A stretch of 64,000 nucleotides of DNA from an uncultured Pseudomonadales bacterium (GTDB lineage: Bacteria; Patescibacteriota; Microgenomatia; UBA1400; UBA12108). Positions 1 through 10,315 of the stretch are shown one piece after another (position 1 is the first letter of the stretch; the number at the start of each line of letters is the position of its first letter). A model generated the notes under the pieces. The model was not told the DNA's origin, did not search any database, and worked only from the letters and a program-made list of their open reading frames with translations. The DNA is taken from positions 53,250-117,249 of the forward strand of contig CAZZNJ010000001.1 in NCBI GenBank assembly GCA_964655755.1, given 5' to 3'. Made by a program: the position numbers and the translations under genes.

Positions 1-2
1 GC

Positions 3-1157
3 ATGTTCAGCGGGAAGAAATCGGAAAGTCTCTCAAAAGATGAGTTCTGGGCTCTCAAAGATATCAATCTTGAGATAATGCCTGGTGAAGTGGTGGGAGT
101 GATTGGTAGGAATGGAGCGGGTAAGAGCACTTTACTGAAGATATTGTCTAGGATCACACATCCTACTCAAGGAGAAGTTATTCTGCGCGGTCGAGTGGGG
201 AGCTTATTAGAAGTCGGAACAGGCTTTCATCAAGAACTGTCGGGTCGAGAGAACATTTACTTGAACGGAGCAGTGTTGGGGATGACTCGTGGGGAAATAT
301 CGAAAAAGTTTAATGAGATAGTAGAATTTTCCGAAATAGGAAAATTTGTGGATACTCCAGTAAAGCATTATTCCTCCGGCATGTATATGCGACTTGCCTT
401 TTCGGTTGCAGCTCATCTTGAATCTGAAATACTTCTCGTTGACGAAGTATTGGCGGTAGGAGATTTTCAATTTCAAGAAAAATGTTTAGGTAAAATGGAA
501 AGCTTGACTCGTAACGAAGGAAGAACAATCCTTTTTGTAAGCCATAATATGTCAGCAATAAAATCTCTATGTAGTAAAGCCATCCTATTAGAAAACGGTC
601 GCATTTCATCTAAGGGAAAGTTGTCACAAGTAATTAATGATTATATTTCTAGTGTTGGTCTAAGATCTATTGTAGATTTAACAAAGTCAGCGCATGATAA
701 TAAACCAAGAGAATTTGGCAAATTAACAAAATTAATTATAAATAATTCAATGAACCAACCATCGAATACGTTTCGAATGGGAGATACAATAAAATTTAGA
801 ATATCTTTTGAGTGCCATAAACCTACACCTAATGTTGAAGTGGGCATTAAGATAAGCAGTGCATTAGGTGTAGCTATTAATTATTTCCCATCTACTTGGG
901 AAGGCATACAACTTAATTGCCAAAAAGGCCAGTATACTTTTGAGATAAGCGTTCCAAATGTACTGCTATTTCCTGGAAAATACCTTATTAGCGCCTGGTT
1001 ATTAAAAGTTGGTCAACCCTCAGATGATAGTATACAAGATATTAGCATGATAGAAATATTAAGTAGTGATATAACAGGGTATTCTGCAAATTTTGAACAA
1101 TATGCATATAGCGGAAGCGAAATATACGTCCCAAGTAAATGGAAGAGAATCGAATAA
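3..1157 (+). CDS. wzt: O-antigen/teichoic-acid-type ABC exporter ATP-binding protein (Wzt/TagH-like), 5'-truncated at window edge, with C-terminal glycan-terminus-binding domain
   Basis: Walker A GRNGAGKST and ABC signature YSSGMYMRLAF. The ~150-aa C-terminal extension (NSMNQPSNTFRMGDTIKFRISFE...) is typical of the Wzt carbohydrate-binding domain. The ORF runs into the window start. Confidence 0.8.
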   Translation: MFSGKKSESLSKDEFWALKDINLEIMPGEVVGVIGRNGAGKSTLLKILSRITHPTQGEVILRGRVGSLLEVGTGFHQELSGRENIYLNGAVLGMTRGEISKKFNEIVEFSEIGKFVDTPVKHYSSGMYMRLAFSVAAHLESEILLVDEVLAVGDFQFQEKCLGKMESLTRNEGRTILFVSHNMSAIKSLCSKAILLENGRISSKGKLSQVINDYISSVGLRSIVDLTKSAHDNKPREFGKLTKLIINNSMNQPSNTFRMGDTIKFRISFECHKPTPNVEVGIKISSALGVAINYFPSTWEGIQLNCQKGQYTFEISVPNVLLFPGKYLISAWLLKVGQPSDDSIQDISMIEILSSDITGYSANFEQYAYSGSEIYVPSKWKRIE

Positions 1158-1158
1158 T

Positions 1159-1890
1159 ATGACTAAGCAATCTGTAATAATACTCGCTGCTGGATTAGGA
1201 AGTAGACTAAGACCGCTCACTAATATCACACCAAAATGCTTAACAAAAATAAACGGAGTGCCCATAATTACGAATGCTTTACAAGCATTTAATCGAAAAA
1301 ATATCAAAGATATAACAATAGTAATCGGATATCTAGGTGAAAAAATTGTTGAGACTCTAGGTTCATCTTATATGGGAATGAATATCCATTACGTATTAAA
1401 CAAACAATACAATACAACTAATAATATGTTCAGTTTATTTCTAGGTTTAGAATCGGTAACTAACACCGATACCTGGCTAATAGAGGGAGATGTTATTTTT
1501 GATCCCTACATATTAGATTTGGAAAATGATGGTGACATTACATGGTATGCGGATTCGGCTGCAAAAAATATGGATGGATGTTTTCTTATATCTACTGACA
1601 CACAAAAAGTTAATTCATTAAAAATTATTAGAGATAATAGCTCTAGAGATAACGCATATAAATCAATGAGCTTGCTACATATAAAAAATAATTCAGTGCA
1701 GAAAATGAAAAAATGGTTATCTGAAGATATCGAAAGAGGAAGAACTCAGGACTATTACGACTTAATTATCGCAGATCATCTAAATGAAATTAATTGCCAA
1801 GTAGTAGACGTTAAAGGTTATAGATGGTATGAGGTTGATTCGTTAGAAGATTTACTTTCTGCAGAAAAACTATTTGAGGGAAAACTATGA
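1159..1890 (+). CDS. sugar-/phospho-alcohol nucleotidyltransferase (LicC/GlmU-N-like NTP_transferase)
   Basis: N-terminal ILAAGLGSRLRPLT..PK.L nucleotidyltransferase motif. The ATG at 1159 is 1 nt after the wzt stop. Very AT-rich. Confidence 0.7.
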   Translation: MTKQSVIILAAGLGSRLRPLTNITPKCLTKINGVPIITNALQAFNRKNIKDITIVIGYLGEKIVETLGSSYMGMNIHYVLNKQYNTTNNMFSLFLGLESVTNTDTWLIEGDVIFDPYILDLENDGDITWYADSAAKNMDGCFLISTDTQKVNSLKIIRDNSSRDNAYKSMSLLHIKNNSVQKMKKWLSEDIERGRTQDYYDLIIADHLNEINCQVVDVKGYRWYEVDSLEDLLSAEKLFEGKL

Positions 1891-3077
1891 AAAGAGTAAT
1901 GATAATTATCGATGGAATGAGTGATGAACCAATAAAAGAACTCGGAAATCAAACCCCACTTGAAGCAGCATTAATTCCGAATATTCAGTACATGGCAGTT
2001 AATGGCCGTCTGGGAAGACTGAAAACAACATTTGAAGGGTATCCAATCGAAAGTATGGTCTGCATAATGGGGTTAATTGGATATGAGCCGGAAAAATATT
2101 ATCCTGCTGGAAGGGCATCTTTTGAGGCTTCTGCAAAGGGGATCTCATTAGCCGAAGATGATCTCATATTCCGATGCAACATAGTTTCATTAGATAAGAA
2201 TAAAAAATTACTTACAGACTTCACTTCAGGCCAAATATCTGATTCAAGCGCTCGCAAAATTATTAATAAAATTAAATTACCGCACAATAATTGGGAACTA
2301 TTCCCTGGACAAAGCTATCGAAATATTTTGGTTATAAGAGGTGCAAAAGTCAATGTCAAGAAAATAACTTGCTATGAACCTCATATGAACATAGGTAAAC
2401 AAGTTGAAAATATGCTACCTTATTCATCGGATGAAGAAATTGATTCGCTGCTTGCTCAAGTTAGAGAATTTCTTTTAAGTACGAGGGAACAAATATCAAA
2501 AATGGAAGATGTAAGCGAACCTGCGGACATGCTATGGGTATGGAGCCCATCTCAAAAAGCTGTTTGGCCGAGTTTCAAGAGTAGAACAGGATTGTCCGCA
2601 GCATTTGTCGGGGGGTTAGATTTTCTTCACGGAATAGCCATGGCAGCTAACATTGATTACGAATTAATTCCAGGAGCCACAGGATACATTGATACAGATT
2701 ATTCTGCGAAAGCAAAGTATGCTCTTAAATATATAGATAAATATGATTTTGTTTTAGTTCATGTTAATGCAACTGATGAAGAGGCACATCTTCATAATTA
2801 TGTCGGGAAAAAAGAGGCTATAGAAAAAGTCGATAAATACATAGTATCAAGAATTGTAGAAAAACTGCATAAAGAATACCCAAATGAACATAGAGTTATA
2901 TTGCTGGGAGATCATATGACTCGATCTATTGATGGGAAACATACGGATACACCAGTCCCATACTTACTATATGGAGAAGAACCCAAAGTTAAAAACAACC
3001 TATATTTCAATGAAAAAAATTGCAGTGATTTTGTGCCCGAGAGCTCTCTAGATGTAATTTCAAAAATATTAAAATAA
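1887..3077 (+). CDS. cofactor-independent phosphoglycerate mutase (ApgM archaeal-type)-like metalloenzyme of the alkaline-phosphatase superfamily
   Basis: N-terminus MKRVMIIIDGMSDEP..LGNQTPLEAA..PNI..MAVNGRLG matches the apgM / proposed-alternative-homoserine-kinase family. Translationally coupled to the upstream NTase by a 4-nt overlap. Confidence 0.6.
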   Translation: MKRVMIIIDGMSDEPIKELGNQTPLEAALIPNIQYMAVNGRLGRLKTTFEGYPIESMVCIMGLIGYEPEKYYPAGRASFEASAKGISLAEDDLIFRCNIVSLDKNKKLLTDFTSGQISDSSARKIINKIKLPHNNWELFPGQSYRNILVIRGAKVNVKKITCYEPHMNIGKQVENMLPYSSDEEIDSLLAQVREFLLSTREQISKMEDVSEPADMLWVWSPSQKAVWPSFKSRTGLSAAFVGGLDFLHGIAMAANIDYELIPGATGYIDTDYSAKAKYALKYIDKYDFVLVHVNATDEEAHLHNYVGKKEAIEKVDKYIVSRIVEKLHKEYPNEHRVILLGDHMTRSIDGKHTDTPVPYLLYGEEPKVKNNLYFNEKNCSDFVPESSLDVISKILK

Positions 3078-3078
3078 T

Positions 3079-3891
3079 ATGTCTGAAAATGCTAAAGTAA
3101 GTAAATATTGGAATGATGTGATTGATAATCCAGACTTCGATGGTGTTGCACCGATGGGAGGCTGTGGAAGGCTTGAAATAGCTTATAGAGGTTACTTCGA
3201 ACATAAAACTTTTAAGAATTTGATAAAGAACATTGAAAAACCTAGGTTATTAGAAGTAGGATGTGGTTCGGGGAGATGGGCTTGGGCTTTACATAAACAA
3301 CTTTCAAAATATGTAGGTATTGATATTAGTAAGAAATCAATTGAATGGGCAATAAATAAAAAGAAAAAAATGAATATTAAAAACTGCACTTTTCAAACGG
3401 TGCCACTAAACAAGTTTGTATCAAAGAATAAATTTGACATAATATATTTCGGTGGCGTAACTCAGTATATGAGTGATGCAGAATTAGAGAAAAACCTTAT
3501 ATATACAACTAATTTATTGTCTAATAATGGAGTCATAATTGATAGATCTACGATATCACTTGAGAAATTTGGCGCTTCTAAATCTAGCAGTAATTACTAC
3601 GCTAAATACAGGACTAAAAAAGAATTAGGTAAGATTTTTCAAAGATGTGGTTTGCAATTAATAAATTATAAACAATCATATCGCTTCTTACGTGTAGGCA
3701 TATTGGCTAATGCACTTAATTTTCCGCCTATACTAAGAGTTTTGCTCAGCATAACTCCATTATCATATTATGTATTCCTAGCAATAACTTATATTAGTGA
3801 CCTCTTAAATCCAAAAGTTTATCAGGAAAAAGATATTGGAAAATTTACTCATATTTTTACAGTCTATAGCCCTATAAGGAGTAGAACTTGA
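3079..3891 (+). CDS. class I SAM-dependent methyltransferase
   Basis: Motif I LEVGCGSGRW. Follows a D-I-S acidic loop. Confidence 0.6.
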   Translation: MSENAKVSKYWNDVIDNPDFDGVAPMGGCGRLEIAYRGYFEHKTFKNLIKNIEKPRLLEVGCGSGRWAWALHKQLSKYVGIDISKKSIEWAINKKKKMNIKNCTFQTVPLNKFVSKNKFDIIYFGGVTQYMSDAELEKNLIYTTNLLSNNGVIIDRSTISLEKFGASKSSSNYYAKYRTKKELGKIFQRCGLQLINYKQSYRFLRVGILANALNFPPILRVLLSITPLSYYVFLAITYISDLLNPKVYQEKDIGKFTHIFTVYSPIRSRT

Positions 3892-4604
3892 TGCTTAATA
3901 ATGATTTTACGATTGGCATATTAGGTGGTATGGGTCCATATGCGACAGCCAGATTTTTTCTCAAAATATTGGATCTGACGAATGCCGAAAAGGACTGGGA
4001 ACATTTTCATTTAGTTATAGACAACAATACTCATATACCGAGTAGAAGTAGAGCATACTTATATGGTGAAAAAAGCCCGGTAGATGAGATGATATCAAGT
4101 TGCAATAAATTGGCAGAATACCCAGTAAATATTATTGCGTTGCCTTGTAATAGCGCAGCGTACTTCTTAGATAAAGTTCAGAAGAATACAAAAATTCCAA
4201 TTTTGAATATTATTAATATAACTTCAGAGCTAGTTAGTAAGTTAGTTCCGCGAGGAAGCAAAATAGCAGTTTGGGGCTCAATAATTACTTATACTGAGAA
4301 TACCTATAAGAAACCACTGGAAGCTTTAGGTCTATCGTATGTAAACCATAGTAACGAAACACAAATGCAAGTAATGTCATTCATTGAAGAAATCAAGAAA
4401 AATAATTCTTGTGACCGTACACAACTAATTAGTTTTATCAATGACTACGTCAAAGAATACCGCCCTGATAAAATCATCTTAGGCTGCACAGAATTCGCAT
4501 GCATTGCTCCTGAAGCATTTGGGGAGATGCAAGATATGTGTGTAGATTCTAGTAGCTTGTATGCATCATATTTGGTAAATCTTGCAAAGTCGAGGATAAA
4601 GTGA
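3888..4604 (+). CDS. Asp/Glu/hydantoin racemase family protein (aspartate-racemase-like)
   Basis: IGILGGMGPYAT N-terminal motif and a second conserved Cys region (ILGCTEF) typical of aspartate racemases. Confidence 0.6.
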   Translation: MMLNNDFTIGILGGMGPYATARFFLKILDLTNAEKDWEHFHLVIDNNTHIPSRSRAYLYGEKSPVDEMISSCNKLAEYPVNIIALPCNSAAYFLDKVQKNTKIPILNIINITSELVSKLVPRGSKIAVWGSIITYTENTYKKPLEALGLSYVNHSNETQMQVMSFIEEIKKNNSCDRTQLISFINDYVKEYRPDKIILGCTEFACIAPEAFGEMQDMCVDSSSLYASYLVNLAKSRIK

Positions 4605-5845
4605 ACTTTAAAAGTATTGGGCGTCTAATTGATCTGAAAATAAAATTAAAGTTAACAAGAAAAAAAGCTATACTTTTTGGTATTCCTTATGGGGAATTCC
4701 AGTTCATTAAGAATATTATCATTGAGTGTGAAGAGCGATTAGACTATCCAATTGTATTGGCTCATGAAAGTAATGAATCTTTCGTAGAATTTCAAACAAT
4801 CTTTACCAAGACTAGAAATAAATTCTTTCATATTAAATTAAGAGATTTATCAATACCCATTCTTTCTAATAAAGAAGTGGCAGTATATTTGACGAGTGAC
4901 GGTTTGGGAATAGATGACATCTATAGCATCTATACATTTCATGGGCAACCTTCAAAAGGGTTAACATTTACTCATGGGAAAATCGAGTATTTTGATGAGT
5001 TTTTTCTCTATGGTCCATTACAAAAAGACGCGTTAGAACATTACCTGAAGAATTATTATGATAATAAGAAGCCTTCACATCTTACTCTATCGAAGATTGG
5101 ATACACTAAGTCCGACGATGCACTTAACGGTAAATGGGTTAAGTCTGTTGAACTTAGTAAGCTAGATTTACCAAGGAATAAACTCACAGTACTTTACGCA
5201 CCCGCTTTTAATGAAGGCGCATCGCTTCGCGAATATGGATTGCAAATAATCAATATGCTCTGCGAAGATCAATCTTTGAATGTTATTGCGAAATTACCTA
5301 TAGACTGTCTCAATCCCGCAACTAATAGAAATGTTTACGGTTCAGTCGATTGGCAATTGGAAATAAATAAACTCGAATCTAAATATTCAAATTTTCGTTT
5401 ATATAAGCATCCTCAAGTAGATCCCATGCTAATTGCAGCCGATATACTTATCACATGCGTTTCAAGTATTTCATTTGAATTCCTTGTTCTTGGCAAGCCA
5501 GTCGTATTCATTGATACCCCAAAATTTTATTCAAAATATCTTAAGAAAATTATTAAAGATATCAATGTTGAAGAGTGGGAAAAACTTCCGTTCGTCAATG
5601 GAGGTAAGAAGTTCGGAACAACTGTAGATAAACCAGCTGACATTATTCCAGCAATAAAAAGAAATAGATTAAGTACACCAAATATGTACAGTATTAGGAA
5701 AAGATTGCTCTACAACCCTGGAAGAGCAAGCTTACATGCTGCATTGAGAATCGAAAATATAATACAAAACCAACTCAAGCCAAATAAAAAATTTCTATAT
5801 AAAATGAGCCTCAATGCAAGAATTAAATCAATTGTTAGTAAATAA
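4601..5845 (+). CDS. CDP-alcohol phosphotransferase of the TagB/TagF (CDP-glycerol glycerophosphotransferase) family, putative
   Basis: C-terminal ADILITCVSSISFEFLVLGKPVVFID resembles the TagF catalytic region. GTG start overlaps the previous stop. Confidence 0.4.
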   Translation: MNFKSIGRLIDLKIKLKLTRKKAILFGIPYGEFQFIKNIIIECEERLDYPIVLAHESNESFVEFQTIFTKTRNKFFHIKLRDLSIPILSNKEVAVYLTSDGLGIDDIYSIYTFHGQPSKGLTFTHGKIEYFDEFFLYGPLQKDALEHYLKNYYDNKKPSHLTLSKIGYTKSDDALNGKWVKSVELSKLDLPRNKLTVLYAPAFNEGASLREYGLQIINMLCEDQSLNVIAKLPIDCLNPATNRNVYGSVDWQLEINKLESKYSNFRLYKHPQVDPMLIAADILITCVSSISFEFLVLGKPVVFIDTPKFYSKYLKKIIKDINVEEWEKLPFVNGGKKFGTTVDKPADIIPAIKRNRLSTPNMYSIRKRLLYNPGRASLHAALRIENIIQNQLKPNKKFLYKMSLNARIKSIVSK

Positions 5846-5853
5846 TAAGACTT

Positions 5854-6585
5854 ATGAAACTGACACATATTATTAATAACTTAGTTAGCTGGACCGGATA
5901 TCATATCGAACAAAATGTCTCTAGATACGTAGACGCAAAGAAAATTTCTAAACTTGCCCAATTAGAAGGAATTTCAGTTTGCGAATATTTAGAAAGATTG
6001 AATACAGACAAACGTAAAATCGGGAGAAGGGATAGGATTATTCGTAGACTTAATAGAATTGGAATTTTCAATAATGCTCAAGTGATATGTGAAATAGGAG
6101 CAGGAACGGGCATGTACCTCGAAGAAGTCATCAAATATGCTCCGGTAAAAAGATATGAGGTTTACGAAACTGCTGAAGATTGGAATGAATATTTAAAGAA
6201 AAATTATTCTAAGCATATTCATAACTTAATTATACATAAAGCGGATGGGATTTCACTTAAAGACACTAAATCTAAGTCAGTTGACTTAGTGCATGCTCAT
6301 GCCGTTTTTGTTTATATACCCGTGATTAATACATTTAAGTATTTACTAGAATGCATACGAGTATGTAAAAAAGGCGGATACATAGTATTTGATACTATCA
6401 GTAATCTAGGATTCGGTGTGAATGAAGCAAGCAACTGGATAAAAACCGGGCATGAATTTGCAGTTATTACACCAGAGGAAATTATTAACGATTTGGTCAA
6501 GAAAAACAAACTAATTATCGTTAAAACATTTACGGAAATCTATGCAGGATCATCCTCCAAGTATTTTATACTAAAAAAATTATAG
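5854..6585 (+). CDS. class I SAM-dependent methyltransferase
   Basis: Motif I ICEIGAGTGMYL. Confidence 0.55.
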   Translation: MKLTHIINNLVSWTGYHIEQNVSRYVDAKKISKLAQLEGISVCEYLERLNTDKRKIGRRDRIIRRLNRIGIFNNAQVICEIGAGTGMYLEEVIKYAPVKRYEVYETAEDWNEYLKKNYSKHIHNLIIHKADGISLKDTKSKSVDLVHAHAVFVYIPVINTFKYLLECIRVCKKGGYIVFDTISNLGFGVNEASNWIKTGHEFAVITPEEIINDLVKKNKLIIVKTFTEIYAGSSSKYFILKKL

Positions 6586-6604
6586 AAATAATCAGATACA
6601 AATC

Positions 6605-7525
6605 ATGCTGACACGTTTAATCACTATATTAAAACATAATTCTCTGTTCATGGACGTATACAACACGCGGGAGATTAATAGAATTGCACGCATTTTTTAC
6701 GAGCCTGACTTTCATATCATACGGACAGGTCCGAGTACATATAAAATAGAGTTTAGTAATAGATTCGGCTATCGCAAGCCAGGTTATTCTCCGGTATTCT
6801 CGTATGACGATCATACTGCCAGTTGGAAAACAAGAATAGGTAAGGTGAGTTTCGAGTCTCGTACCAACCCCGTCTTCCAGCTCATAAATGAACTGAGAGG
6901 GTACACTCTGCTGAATACTATTGTTCCGGGTGCGTATATTATCGATGCCGGTGCGAGCGACGGTCTGGCTTCTAAATATTTCGCCGGTCTGACAGGAAGA
7001 AAAGGTAAAGTTCTTGCGCTAGAACCTGATCCGACTGCATCGCTCAACGATATGCCTGCGAATGTGATACATATATCTGCGTGTTTGGCGAAAAAAAGCG
7101 GTACGGTTAGCTTGAGTCTGGATACATTTGGAGGGTCACATCTGAGTGAAGACGGTATTCCGGTAACCGCGTATTCACTGAGAGATCTGATTAAAAAATA
7201 TCGGTTCAGTCGCGTCAGCTTTATCAAATGTGACATCGAGGGAGCGGAGGTCGAAATAATCAAAGATATCGTGGACGTTGTTGCCGAGAAGAAAAACTGT
7301 GTTGTAGCAATAGCTTCGTACCACCGGGTCAATGGAAAGGAATCATGGAAAATTCTTGAAAAATTCGCCGGAAAAAATCCTTCGATCTACACCAAAACCG
7401 TATATCCCTATCATGCGACAACCTATATCTGCAACAGAGCAAACGTAACAGTTATGCGAAAGCTTCAGAAGCTTCCGGCGTACAATGAGATATATGACCG
7501 GGTCTGGTCGCGGGGGGAAAACTGA
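6605..7525 (+). CDS. FkbM-family methyltransferase
   Basis: AYIIDAGASDGLASKYFAG...KVLALEPDP matches the FkbM domain. The GC content rises inside this gene (~6800). Confidence 0.55.
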   Translation: MLTRLITILKHNSLFMDVYNTREINRIARIFYEPDFHIIRTGPSTYKIEFSNRFGYRKPGYSPVFSYDDHTASWKTRIGKVSFESRTNPVFQLINELRGYTLLNTIVPGAYIIDAGASDGLASKYFAGLTGRKGKVLALEPDPTASLNDMPANVIHISACLAKKSGTVSLSLDTFGGSHLSEDGIPVTAYSLRDLIKKYRFSRVSFIKCDIEGAEVEIIKDIVDVVAEKKNCVVAIASYHRVNGKESWKILEKFAGKNPSIYTKTVYPYHATTYICNRANVTVMRKLQKLPAYNEIYDRVWSRGEN

Positions 7526-7526
7526 T

Positions 7527-8399
7527 ATGAAAAACGTAATCGTTGCATGGTATGAAACAGGCACGGGAAGTCTAGAAGAAAAGATACCCCTCCTGTGGAA
7601 CGGCAGAAGAAACAAATCGCTCGTGTCAGAGAATCCGCTGACGGTCGTTTTCCTGAAAGGATTATCTCATCTATCTCCAGCATATATCGAAGAACTCAAA
7701 GAAGTTGGGTATGAGGTAATCGATGCAGAGTCTGCATATCGGAAATATAGCGATCAGTATGCCAGTCTCGACAGGTTCGGTACCTATGAGAAAAAGTGTT
7801 TTCTCCGCTGGCTTATCATTCGCGATCTGTATGGAAGTACTCCTGTTATTCATTACGACGGCGACATAGTATGGAATATCCCTGTCGAAAAAGTCAGCGA
7901 TATGATGAAAGGAAAAACGTTCGTATTAGATGGCCCTGCTTTCACAGTGATAAGCGACAATAGCTGGTTCGAAATCTATGAAAAAGAGTTGCAACAATTT
8001 GCCTCGGATGTTGATTCGTACGGAACAGACTGGGTCGGCACAGAGTTCCGGCGCAGTATTGGGAGTGATCAGGACCTGATACAGTATCTCATTCAGAATA
8101 AGAAATTACCCCAGGACACATTCAGTTCCTCGAAATATCTATTTATAGAAAATCCTTTGGAGGCGAATGAAAAAGAGTGGGGAAAAATGCCGTTCTGGCA
8201 TATGCAGACAGACTTCATCCATTACCTTAATTTGAGATATATGCTGGAACCATTTGGGCTCGCACGGTATGCTCCCAATCCACTAAAGTCATCGAAAATC
8301 GTAATCAATTTCACACATGCACTGGGTAAAATCGCAGGGCGAAAGTATCAGTCGCGCAGGAGTATATATAATTATTTTTTTCGCAAAGGGACAGCATGA
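7527..8399 (+). CDS. putative DXD-motif glycosyltransferase (GT32/OCH1-like sugar-binding region), hypothetical
   Basis: FLRWLIIRDLYGSTPVIHYDGDIVW resembles the Gly_transf_sug DXD region. Start chosen at the ATG 1 nt after the upstream stop. Confidence 0.3.
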   Translation: MKNVIVAWYETGTGSLEEKIPLLWNGRRNKSLVSENPLTVVFLKGLSHLSPAYIEELKEVGYEVIDAESAYRKYSDQYASLDRFGTYEKKCFLRWLIIRDLYGSTPVIHYDGDIVWNIPVEKVSDMMKGKTFVLDGPAFTVISDNSWFEIYEKELQQFASDVDSYGTDWVGTEFRRSIGSDQDLIQYLIQNKKLPQDTFSSSKYLFIENPLEANEKEWGKMPFWHMQTDFIHYLNLRYMLEPFGLARYAPNPLKSSKIVINFTHALGKIAGRKYQSRRSIYNYFFRKGTA

Positions 8400-9190
8400 C
8401 TGTTATCACTATCGTCACTCCATCGTTCAACCAGGGCGAGTTTCTCGGTAAGACTATCAAAAGTATCTGGGATCAGAAAGGTGATTTCACAATCGAGCAC
8501 ATCATTGCAGACGGGGGATCCCAGGATAATTCTGTTGATGTCATCAAGAGATTTGAAAATGAGCTTAATTCAGGTGAATACCCTATCGCGTGCAAGGGTA
8601 TCACGCTTACCTGGTGGAGTAAGCGTGACAAAGGGCAGGCAGATGCCATCAACCAAGGATTCACAATCGGTACAGGTGAAATTTTCGCTTGGCTCAATTC
8701 GGATGATTTCTATGAACCCGGCGCTATTGCAAAAGTAATCAGTTTCTTCCGCGAGAATAGCGGCATCAGCTGTGTGTATGGCGGTCTTAATTTCGTAGAT
8801 AAAGACGGTTTGCATCCGAAACCATGCAGTTACCTGAGCGACTTCTCTCTCCCTCGGCTGTTGAAGTATTGTTATATACCGCAGCCTTCCACCTTTTTCC
8901 GGAGGGATGTATATGAAAAAGCAGGAGAGTTGAACATTACATACCGCTATGCCTTCGACTATGACTACTGGCTGCGGATAGCTCAAGCTGGCTTCACATG
9001 GGCCTGGATGCGGGATCACACACTCGCAAGTATCCGCACATACCCGGAGCGCAAAACCGAAAATGGACTGATACCAATGCGTAGAGAAGTAAACAGGATT
9101 ATGCTCAATCACGGGTATTGGTATGCGCCTGCACTGCTGGAGTCAGCATGGCTGATCATGAAGCACACGGTCATACAGCGCGGTAAGTGA
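8396..9190 (+). CDS. glycosyltransferase family 2
   Basis: ITIVTPSFNQGEFLGKTIKS...IIADGGSQD GT-A N-terminal signature. Confidence 0.7.
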   Translation: MTVITIVTPSFNQGEFLGKTIKSIWDQKGDFTIEHIIADGGSQDNSVDVIKRFENELNSGEYPIACKGITLTWWSKRDKGQADAINQGFTIGTGEIFAWLNSDDFYEPGAIAKVISFFRENSGISCVYGGLNFVDKDGLHPKPCSYLSDFSLPRLLKYCYIPQPSTFFRRDVYEKAGELNITYRYAFDYDYWLRIAQAGFTWAWMRDHTLASIRTYPERKTENGLIPMRREVNRIMLNHGYWYAPALLESAWLIMKHTVIQRGK

Positions 9191-10315
9191 CTTCTTCACC
9201 GACGCTGCATAGTAGGGTGACGCTAGTTTTTCGAGTTCTTTCGGGGATGGTGGTGTGTCGAGCAGTTTTATGACTGTCTCAGCCAGTGCATGAACATCGC
9301 CCGCAGCGACGAGATAGGGCGACTTTTCTCCGAAAATACTCATGCTTCCGTCATTGGCATATGCTGCTACCGGAGTCCCGCATGCGAGTGCTTCTACCTG
9401 TACGAGGCCGAAGCTCTCTGCGTAGCTTGGAGCGATTAGTAGAGCTGTCCGTCTGTACCAGCGGGGGAGGTCCGTGTGGGTAACTGCGCCGATGATCCGG
9501 ACATGTTTTCCGAGCCCGCGATTAGCGACCTCACGTGCGATCTGGAGAGCCATAGGTCCCGAGCCTATGATATCGAGTGTCACATCCTGCCCGCGGTTTC
9601 GAAGCATATGTACAGCCTCGAGCGCATCGATGATTCCTTTCTCACGGATGAGGTTGGCAACGAGCAGAAGTGTTCGCGCCGTGCGTTTCGTAGCGGGGAG
9701 GGGATGAAAGAGCGATGTGTCTACAGGCGGGGGGATCACTGTCACTCGGTCGCTGAGCGAAGGGATGATCGTACTCACTAGCCGCGCCATGGCGGCAGTA
9801 GGTACTATGAGCGCACTGTACGAGCTGAGTATCGAGCGAGCATCATCTCGATTCGCTACTGCCCACTCATATAGATCTCCTCCGGGAAGAGTCAGAATCT
9901 TGGGTACTCCAGGGATGCTGAGGTCTGCAATCGCTTTGCCCGTCGGTATGAGGAAATGGACGTGAATAAGATCAGGTGTATAACTCGTCTGAGCAAGCCA
10001 CGAACGTACTTTGTCGGCAACGCGAACGTAGTTGCGGGAACGCCACGATGCTAAGGGAAGTGTGAAGTACGATGGGTAAGATACAGATATATTCCCTTCC
10101 TGGTAACCCGTGAATCCGGAAACTTTGGCATGTGCTGCCAGAAGCGGAATTCTACTAGCAATTTTCGGAAGATAGGGCTGAGGTACAACCACTTCGATCG
10201 TCTCAAAATAAGTTGAAGCTAGTTTGGTTTCATCGTACACAAACTGACAATGATATTTGGAACTGGATAGTTCGGGGAAACCGTCTGAGACAACGAGTAA
10301 TCGTAATTTATTCAT
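9143..10315 (-). CDS. glycosyltransferase family 4 (GT-B)
   Basis: C-terminal ESFGLVQVEALACGTPVAA motif. Confidence 0.7.
   Translation of the reverse strand: MNKLRLLVVSDGFPELSSSKYHCQFVYDETKLASTYFETIEVVVPQPYLPKIASRIPLLAAHAKVSGFTGYQEGNISVSYPSYFTLPLASWRSRNYVRVADKVRSWLAQTSYTPDLIHVHFLIPTGKAIADLSIPGVPKILTLPGGDLYEWAVANRDDARSILSSYSALIVPTAAMARLVSTIIPSLSDRVTVIPPPVDTSLFHPLPATKRTARTLLLVANLIREKGIIDALEAVHMLRNRGQDVTLDIIGSGPMALQIAREVANRGLGKHVRIIGAVTHTDLPRWYRRTALLIAPSYAESFGLVQVEALACGTPVAAYANDGSMSIFGEKSPYLVAAGDVHALAETVIKLLDTPPSPKELEKLASPYYAASVKKSLTALYDRVLHDQPC

Noticed and set aside
4601-5845. Alternative call of the 414-aa protein as a capsule polymerase/sialyltransferase
   Set aside because: The only recognisable similarity is the TagB/F-type C-terminal region. 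It is kept as a low-confidence TagF-like call.
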